DNA of 16,527 nucleotides from a bacterium (GTDB taxonomy: Bacteria; SZUA-182; DTGQ01). The notes under the pieces are model-generated. The model had not been told where the DNA came from and made no database searches. It saw nothing but the letters and a program-made list of their open reading frames with translations. The position numbers were made by a program, and so were the translations under genes. Where the stretch lies: contig JBFMGO010000126.1 in assembly GCA_040752695.1 (NCBI GenBank), forward strand, positions 1 through 16,527, read 5' to 3'. Below are positions 1 through 6,569 of this stretch, in pieces. Numbering within the stretch: position 1 is the first letter of the stretch; every line of letters begins with the position of its first letter.

Positions 1-62
1 GCGGGAATCCATGCATGGTTGCAGCACCCCCCTGGATTCTAAGCCTACGCTCAGAATGACGG
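1..62. repeat. REP-like palindromic element, truncated at the window start
   Basis: GCGGGAATCCA...TGGATTC.AAGCCTACGC..AGAATGACGG. GAATCCA (5-11) and TGGATTC (33-39) are inverted repeats. The layout resembles the widespread GTCATTCCCGCG..GCGGGAATCCA / TGGATTCCCGCC..CGCGGGAATGAC intergenic palindromes. Confidence 0.6.
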
Positions 63-119
63 GAAATGTCCGTACTTACTGACGTATACAGAATCATAGA
101 TAAAAAGTGTCCGGTAGAG

Positions 120-456
120 AGATATATTTTTAATGAGCACTCCTAAATCCTTAATTGTATCCACTAATGCCTATTTTATTCGTTATTTCAAGGATAATGT
201 TTTTAATATTTTAATTATTTTTTATTATTTTATTTAAAAATATAATTTATACTTATTATCAAAATTATTTTTATTTTTTTAAAATATATGCTCCTTTTCA
301 TGAGATTTCAAATTAACTTTGAAATCAAGAGGGCGAAGCTATGATTTTAAATTAACATGAATTATTGTTATAAATTTATGAAATTTTCATCAAATTTTCA
401 AAAATCATAGCCGATAAACAGAAAAAAATTAAACTCAGTGGAGAAGTCATAATCAA
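120..456 (+). promoter_or_regulatory. Very AT-rich upstream region, probable promoter of the polysaccharide locus, with inverted repeats
   Basis: No long ORF and extreme AT richness. Inverted repeats are GATTTCAAA-N5-TTTGAAATC (304-326) and GCTATGATTTT (338-348) / AAAATCATAGC (401-411). An SD-like GGAG lies at about 440-443. The -35/-10 boxes cannot be assigned. Confidence 0.55.
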
Positions 457-1380
457 ATGTTCAATCCTTCAAATCTTCCATCGAAAAATTTTTTTCCCAT
501 GCCTCTCCTGTTTATCATATTTTTATTACTCCAGGCTTATCAGGCAATTGTTTTTGCTGCGCCACCAGATGTCTATAAGGTAGGAAATCTTGATGTTTTG
601 AAAATCAATGTAGCAGGAAGGCCGGCTATAAACGAGGTGTTTCCAGTCTCTTCTGATGGGACCATCAGTTTCCCTTGGTTGGGCAATGTATGGGTGGCCG
701 GGCTGACGGTGAAAGAGATAGAGGAAAAGATAACGGGTCTTTTAGGCCAAGATTACCTGGTGGACCCGAAGGTATACGTAAGCATGGAAAAGTATAACAG
801 CCAGAAGGTGATCGTATGGGGGGAAGTCAAATCACCGGGGACCTATGTTCTGACCGGCAGGGCCACCCTTCTTGAAATCGTAGCCGAAGCTGGCGGGGTA
901 ACGGAAAAGGCGGGCAGGAGGATCATGCTCTTTCGCCATGCCCTGGATGTGGTTGCCGGCATTGATGCTTCGGAGGCTGTCGAGGGAGTGATGAAAAAAG
1001 AGGGCCCGACGGTCATCGATATTGACCGGTTAGTGAAGGGGAGCGGCCTTGAGGGTGACCTGACCGTGTCGTCGGGTGATGTAATCGTGGTGGAGGCACA
1101 AAAGGATTCTGACATCAACGAGCAGCGCGTTTATATTACGGGCTGTCTGAGTAATCCTGGTGCCTATGATTATCAGAATGGTTTAACTGCCTTGAGTCTT
1201 TGCATCATAGCCGGAGGATTCACCAATCGTGCCGCCCCTCAGAAAGCTACCTTGGTCAGGAAGGTAAAGGGGGAAGATAAGGTGTATCAGATTGACCTTG
1301 ACAGGGTGAAGCGCGGCAAAGCCATTGACTTCGAGCTCAAGCCGGGGGATCGGCTGAATGTACCGGAATCTTTCTGGTGA
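457..1380 (+). CDS. wza: OPX-family polysaccharide export protein (Poly_export + 2 SLBB domains), short periplasmic type
   Basis: Poly_export signature YKVGNLDVLKINV...DGTISFPWLGNVWVAGLT...YLVDPKV. SLBB repeats VWGEVKSPGTY and ITGCLSNPGAY. Ends LKPGDRLNVPESFW. N-terminal hydrophobic signal ending VFA-A. The start could be the second Met (499). Confidence 0.9.
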   Translation: MFNPSNLPSKNFFPMPLLFIIFLLLQAYQAIVFAAPPDVYKVGNLDVLKINVAGRPAINEVFPVSSDGTISFPWLGNVWVAGLTVKEIEEKITGLLGQDYLVDPKVYVSMEKYNSQKVIVWGEVKSPGTYVLTGRATLLEIVAEAGGVTEKAGRRIMLFRHALDVVAGIDASEAVEGVMKKEGPTVIDIDRLVKGSGLEGDLTVSSGDVIVVEAQKDSDINEQRVYITGCLSNPGAYDYQNGLTALSLCIIAGGFTNRAAPQKATLVRKVKGEDKVYQIDLDRVKRGKAIDFELKPGDRLNVPESFW

Positions 1381-1406
1381 TGCGGGCACAGGGCAGGGGA
1401 GAGAGT

Positions 1407-4301
1407 ATGGAGCAAAGCAAAAATGATCACCCTCTCGATGACAGAGAGCAGATCAGTGAAGTTCATCTTCTGGATTATGTAACCCTTATCCGAAAGCGGA
1501 AATGGGTTCTCATTGCCTGTGTTTTGATCTGTGTGTCTGCGGCTATTGTTGTCAATCAGGTTATTGTTCCTCAGTATAAGGCCGAATGTCAGATCCTTAT
1601 CGATAAGGAAACGAACAGATCTGTGGTTAGCGGCGAGAACATGGAGTACCTGTATTACGAGACAGCCCTGTCGGAAGAATTGAGCTTCAACACTCAGCTT
1701 AAGATCATTACCAGCTACGAGGTATTGAAGCAGGTCATCGACAGGTTGAAGCTGAAGGAGCGCGAAAAGAGCAAAGAGTCAAAGGAGTTCACCGAAGGTG
1801 CCGGATTTGCATTCCATTTCAGGACTGCCGTCAGAAAAAACATTGAAAACCTGAGGGAAAGCATGAAAGGCCTGAGTGAGTTTCTCACCGGCACTGCAGG
1901 AGAAAAGCCTCATGGATCGAGGGCGATTGCAGGGGGAGGGGCCAAAAGTCTGGCCGAGGATCTGCCTGACAGCGAGATGGCGGCCCTGGTATCCACTCTG
2001 GCAGACAGGATAGAGGTTCAGCCCGTCAAGGATACCCGGCTGGTGAATATTTCGGCCAGCGATGAGGACCCCGTCTGGGCTGCTGCCATAGCCAATGCAG
2101 TGGTTAAGAGCTATATCGACTATGATACCTCCTTACGGTATAAGTCGGTCAGGGAATTTGTGAACTGGATCTCGGCCCAGATCGAGGAGATGAAGCAGAA
2201 GATAGACGCTGCCGAGAAAAAGTTTTTCGATTTTAAAACCAATAACAGGATCTATTCGATCCGTGAGAAAAAGGACATTGTCACGGGAAAAGTCACAGAC
2301 CTGAATAATGCCTATATCAGGATTCATACCGAGAGGATGGGGATAAAGGCGAAAATCCTGGAGCTGGAAAACCTGCTCAACCGCAGGAAAGACAAAACAC
2401 TGGGCAAAGACCTCATAGACGATCAGTTGCTTTTGGATCTCAGCAAAGAGCTTTCAAGAGAGAATATCAGGCTGGACGATTTGAAGCGGGATTACAAAGA
2501 CAAACACCCCGAGGTTGTGGATGCGGAGAGCAAGATCGAAATCCTGAAAAAAGAATTCACCCACACGCTGGATAAATCCCTGCAAGGGCTCCTCCTGCAG
2601 GATTCTGTCCTCAAATCCCGTGAGGACACGATCATGGCCGAAATAGCCAAACTGGAAGAGGCAGCCATTGCCGATAACAAAATCGAGGCCGCCTACTCGA
2701 TGCTCGAGCGGGAAGTCGAAACCAATAAGGTCCTCTATGACGTCATGCTCAATAAGCTCAAAGAAACCAAGATAAACGAAACCATGAAAAAAAGCAATAT
2801 CAGGGTAACCGAGCCCGCGATCATCCCCGAGTCCCCTCAAGGCAGTCAGAAAAAAATCAATATCGCCCTGGGTATCTTACTGGGCCTTTTGGGGGGCCTT
2901 GGTCTGACCCTTTCGATCGAGTATTTCGAGACCGGCATAAAGAGCGAGGAGGATGTAAAACGCTACCTGCAACTGCCGGTGATGGGCATCATCCCCGAGG
3001 ATGACAGTAAAGCGGCCAGGGGAACCAAAACGACCGATGCGGCTGATTCGATTAAGACTGCCGCTCACAGGAAAAAGCCGGTGAAATTTCCCCTTTTGAG
3101 CAACCAACACTGCTCGACGGCTTTTTGCGAAGCGTACAGGAGTCTGAGGACCAACCTTACCTATTCTCTGGGGAGCGGCACATCGAGTAAATCCATCCTG
3201 GTCACCAGCAGCATCCCCCAGGAGGGCAAATCAACTACCGCCTCGAATCTGGCCCTCACCCTGGCCCAGGCTGGCGAGCGGATCATTTTGATCGATACCG
3301 ACCTGAGAGTGCCCTCTATCCATAAACGATTCCACATGGACCACAAAAGAAAGGGACTGACCAATATCCTGGTCGACCTGTTTAATACTCCCCTGCATGA
3401 AGGCACCCTCGACGAATACAGTCTTGGCGACATCATAAGCCTGATCAATATCCAGGGCAGAAGCGGCACCCTCACCATATCGGACCGCTCGGAGCACTTT
3501 TCGCTCTTCTTCAAAGAGGGGGAACTCATCGATGCCCAGACCAAAAACCGCCCGGAAGAAAAAAGACTGGGCTCTCTGCTGACAGCCAGTCAGAAGATTA
3601 CCGAAGAGCAAAAGAAAAATGCCCTTAAGGAGCAGGATTACTACCATGAACGGCTGGGCTTAATTCTCCTGAACATGAACCTTTTGACTCCCGATGATTT
3701 GAGAGGCCCTGTCACCCTCCATTTTTCTTCGACCATGAACAGAATACTGAGCTTAAAGACAGGATACTTCAGCTTCAAAGACGGATGCCCCCAACAGACC
3801 GATACCGGTGATTACCTGAAGGATAAATTCCCCTCATGGCAAAAGACCTTCCAGATGCAGGCAGCTCCTTTTCTGGAACACACTATCTTTTCCATCCTTC
3901 AGGACTCTCCCCTGGAGAATCTGAAAGTGCTGACCTCAGGCCCCCTGCCTTCAAACCCTTCCGAATTGCTCAGTTCCCGGCGCATGAAGGCACTTATGCA
4001 TATTCTCAAAGGAAGATTCGACTACCTTGTCCTGGATTCACCCCCCATCAATTCCGTAACCGATGCTTCCATCCTGGCCTCACTGGTCGATGGGGTCATC
4101 CAGGTGTTGCACGTGGGCCATACCCATCGCAAAACCATCATCAAAGCCAAAGAACAACTCGACAGCATCGGAGCCAGAATCTTCGGCGTGGTCATGAACC
4201 GCCTCGACCTGAAAAAAGAGGGATACTACTACTCCTATCACTACTACCAGTACGGCACTACCCTTGGCCAAAAAGAGGAAAAAATAACCACACCCACTTA
4301 A
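1407..4301 (+). CDS. wzc: Wzc/GumC-like polysaccharide co-polymerase with BY tyrosine kinase domain and an inserted DUF4388/MshEN-like module
   Basis: Wzz-like N-terminus (HLLDYVTLIRKRKW + TM), periplasmic coiled coils, HPEV motif and a second TM. EAYRSLRTNL, Walker A SSIPQEGKST (3207-3236), Walker A' IDTDLRVP (3291-3314), Walker B YLVLDSPP (4023-4046) and Tyr cluster GYYYSYHYYQY (4221-4253). ATG 1407 follows GGGGAGAG. GTG 1377 or ATG 1380, overlapping the wza stop, are alternative starts. Confidence 0.93.
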   Translation: MEQSKNDHPLDDREQISEVHLLDYVTLIRKRKWVLIACVLICVSAAIVVNQVIVPQYKAECQILIDKETNRSVVSGENMEYLYYETALSEELSFNTQLKIITSYEVLKQVIDRLKLKEREKSKESKEFTEGAGFAFHFRTAVRKNIENLRESMKGLSEFLTGTAGEKPHGSRAIAGGGAKSLAEDLPDSEMAALVSTLADRIEVQPVKDTRLVNISASDEDPVWAAAIANAVVKSYIDYDTSLRYKSVREFVNWISAQIEEMKQKIDAAEKKFFDFKTNNRIYSIREKKDIVTGKVTDLNNAYIRIHTERMGIKAKILELENLLNRRKDKTLGKDLIDDQLLLDLSKELSRENIRLDDLKRDYKDKHPEVVDAESKIEILKKEFTHTLDKSLQGLLLQDSVLKSREDTIMAEIAKLEEAAIADNKIEAAYSMLEREVETNKVLYDVMLNKLKETKINETMKKSNIRVTEPAIIPESPQGSQKKINIALGILLGLLGGLGLTLSIEYFETGIKSEEDVKRYLQLPVMGIIPEDDSKAARGTKTTDAADSIKTAAHRKKPVKFPLLSNQHCSTAFCEAYRSLRTNLTYSLGSGTSSKSILVTSSIPQEGKSTTASNLALTLAQAGERIILIDTDLRVPSIHKRFHMDHKRKGLTNILVDLFNTPLHEGTLDEYSLGDIISLINIQGRSGTLTISDRSEHFSLFFKEGELIDAQTKNRPEEKRLGSLLTASQKITEEQKKNALKEQDYYHERLGLILLNMNLLTPDDLRGPVTLHFSSTMNRILSLKTGYFSFKDGCPQQTDTGDYLKDKFPSWQKTFQMQAAPFLEHTIFSILQDSPLENLKVLTSGPLPSNPSELLSSRRMKALMHILKGRFDYLVLDSPPINSVTDASILASLVDGVIQVLHVGHTHRKTIIKAKEQLDSIGARIFGVVMNRLDLKKEGYYYSYHYYQYGTTLGQKEEKITTPT

Positions 4302-4623
4302 AAAAACGTCTGATGAGTTAAACTGTACCCTTTAATACAGGGCGCGGAAATTCCCCGTGCGGTTTTATTGGAATAGGGCCATGGGTCGAAAAAGATCCCC
4401 TCACTTCCTTAATATTAAAGGTGGATAAAAGCCCTTTATCACACCAGGGAAGAAGGACAATAATCGTTTTACCGCGCCGTTTATTGAGCCTGATAGTTAA
4501 CAACAAAAGGAGTTGATAAAGCAGGTCATATTCTTCCCGTCGCAAGTGGCCAGCCCGATTCTATAAAGGCATCCCCGAACACGATGCGGAAGAAGTCTTA
4601 ACCGTGCGAGGGAAAGTCTCGAC

Positions 4624-4648
4624 CGTCATTCCTGCCCATCACGGGATC
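4624..4648 (+). repeat. Degenerate REP-like half element
   Basis: CGTCATTCCTGCCCATCACGGGATC. CCGTCATTC (4623-4631) is the reverse complement of GAATGACGG (54-62). Confidence 0.4.
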
Positions 4649-4675
4649 AAAAATACCCGGGAGTGAAAGCATCCT

Positions 4676-5533
4676 ATGAATAAGCCGTTATTTTTTAAAA
4701 ATAAGGAGAATGGTTATAACCTTTTTGGTTTTCTCTTGCAACCAGAAAGAGAAACGACAAATAACCGAAGGGGTATTGTATTTTGTGATTCGATCGGGAC
4801 TGAGAAACTCTATAGCCATAGAGTCCTGGTTAATTTTGCCAGACTCCTTCGTGCACAAGGTTATCATGTATTCCTATTTGATTATTATGGAAATGGCGAC
4901 AGTGAGGGAGACTTTGAAAATACAAAATTGGATACGTGCTTATCCGATACGAAAGCAGCAATTGAATTCTTAATGGAAGAAGCAAAGATAGATGAACTCG
5001 GCTTATTAGGGGTAAGATTAGGAGCTGTTTTTGCTTCCTTGCTTGCGGCAAAAGAAAAAATAATAAAAAATCTTATCTTATGGTCGCCGATTATAGACGT
5101 TGGAAAGTATATTAATGATTCTCTCAGGGAGAATATAAACTTACAACTGAACATTTATAAAAAGATACAATTTAACCGGATGCAGTTAATAGAGCAAATA
5201 ATGAATAATATTCCTGTGGAGATCCAAGGCTATGTAATATCCAAAGATTTTTATAATAGTTTTTCCCAGGTTGATCTGAAAAAAATACAGTTGCAATTCG
5301 ATACCAGAACCTTAGTGATAGAGATACAAAAAATGACAACTTCTGTAAGTAAAGAGATTACCATGCTTTTTAAAGATAATAATCAATGCTTCAGAACAGT
5401 AGTGCCGGAGGATCCCTTCTGGATCTACAGAGGGGCAAACCACAAATATGTAACCAAATCGAAGGTCCTTTTTGAAAGGACACTTAGCTGGCTAGAGGTG
5501 TTCGATGGTAATGGAAGAGCCTGTAAGGTTTAA
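4676..5533 (+). CDS. Alpha/beta-hydrolase-fold protein, similar to exosortase A system-associated hydrolase 2
   Basis: FDYYGNGDSEGDF motif, nucleophile elbow GVRLG (Arg in place of Ser), LILWSPI and C-terminal DPFW. Confidence 0.8.
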   Translation: MNKPLFFKNKENGYNLFGFLLQPERETTNNRRGIVFCDSIGTEKLYSHRVLVNFARLLRAQGYHVFLFDYYGNGDSEGDFENTKLDTCLSDTKAAIEFLMEEAKIDELGLLGVRLGAVFASLLAAKEKIIKNLILWSPIIDVGKYINDSLRENINLQLNIYKKIQFNRMQLIEQIMNNIPVEIQGYVISKDFYNSFSQVDLKKIQLQFDTRTLVIEIQKMTTSVSKEITMLFKDNNQCFRTVVPEDPFWIYRGANHKYVTKSKVLFERTLSWLEVFDGNGRACKV

Positions 5534-6467
5534 AAACAGAGCAAAGTACGAGCTTTACGGAATAGCTCATATCCCATCTAAAAACGAAGTGGAGAAAAAA
5601 GTCGGACTTATTTTTTTAAACGCGGGGCTCGGGGATAGAATTGCCTTCAACAGGCTGCATGTTACTCTGAGCAGGAGACTGGCTCAAAACGGCTTTTATT
5701 CCTTGCGCTTCGACCCCGCTGGTCTTGGAGAAAGCGAAGGGGATATAGAAGAAGCTATGCTTTTTGATCTCTATGCTTCAATCAATAAGGGACGATTTAT
5801 TCATGACGTGATAGACGCTGTCGAATTTTTTACCAGTAAGTATGGGCTGGAAGAAATTGTCCTGGCTGGATTATGTGGTGGAGCAACAACAGCTTTACTT
5901 GCAGCGCCACACTGTGGAAAAGTAAGTTCACTTATCCTTATGGGATTTCCCGTCCTTTTTAGTCCTCTCGATGCAAAAAAAGGTGTTCTGGATCCTACAT
6001 CCGCTCAGTATCTATTGAAAAATCAGCTTATCCGGCTTATAAATTTTAAGATACCGATCCTAAGCTCCTGGAATACCATACTCGGAAAAATCAAAAACGA
6101 CGGATTATTTGAACTGACAGCTAACTTATTGAAATCCTGGTTGACGGTCTTCAAAAAATCGCATAATAGTTTCCATCCTAACTTTAACAAATTGTCCTTG
6201 GATACACTTGAAAGAGTGAGAGGAAGTATAGATATAAACTTCATTTTCGGAGAATGCGATATGTGGAAACTATACTTTGAGGAGGAATTTGAGCAAAAAG
6301 TAGGCAAGGATTGTGAAAATAAATATTTTTATAGAAAATTTATTATTAAGAATGCAAATCACACCTTTACATTCCGAGAATGCCACAATGAATTAATTGA
6401 TGTCATTCAATATGTCATAAGTAATAAGATTAATTCTCAATTAAGGAAAATATCATATCCTCTATGA
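5505..6467 (+). CDS. Alpha/beta-hydrolase-fold protein, similar to exosortase A system-associated hydrolase 1
   Basis: LRFDPAGLGESEG motif, nucleophile elbow GLCGG (Cys), FIFGECD and ANHTF (candidate catalytic His). Overlaps the end of the upstream gene. The start could be ATG 5511. Confidence 0.8.
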   Translation: MVMEEPVRFKNRAKYELYGIAHIPSKNEVEKKVGLIFLNAGLGDRIAFNRLHVTLSRRLAQNGFYSLRFDPAGLGESEGDIEEAMLFDLYASINKGRFIHDVIDAVEFFTSKYGLEEIVLAGLCGGATTALLAAPHCGKVSSLILMGFPVLFSPLDAKKGVLDPTSAQYLLKNQLIRLINFKIPILSSWNTILGKIKNDGLFELTANLLKSWLTVFKKSHNSFHPNFNKLSLDTLERVRGSIDINFIFGECDMWKLYFEEEFEQKVGKDCENKYFYRKFIIKNANHTFTFRECHNELIDVIQYVISNKINSQLRKISYPL

Positions 6468-6569
6468 ATACTTTTACTTCATTGGAATCGCCGTGAGTGA
6501 GCGAGGCGTTTCATCAAATAAGGGAATAATGGCAGCAATAAAAAGAAGGAGAAAGGTGGTAAAGGCATA

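Noticed and set aside
3836..4321. 161-aa alternative-frame ORF overlapping the end of wzc
   Set aside because: It has no recognisable motif, and the wzc frame carries Walker B and the Tyr cluster over the same bases. It is a shadow ORF.
4318..4545. 75-aa minus-strand ORF in the wzc-hydrolase spacer
   Set aside because: It has a TTG start, no recognisable domain or transposase motif, and opposes the locus. It cannot be supported, though it is not excluded.
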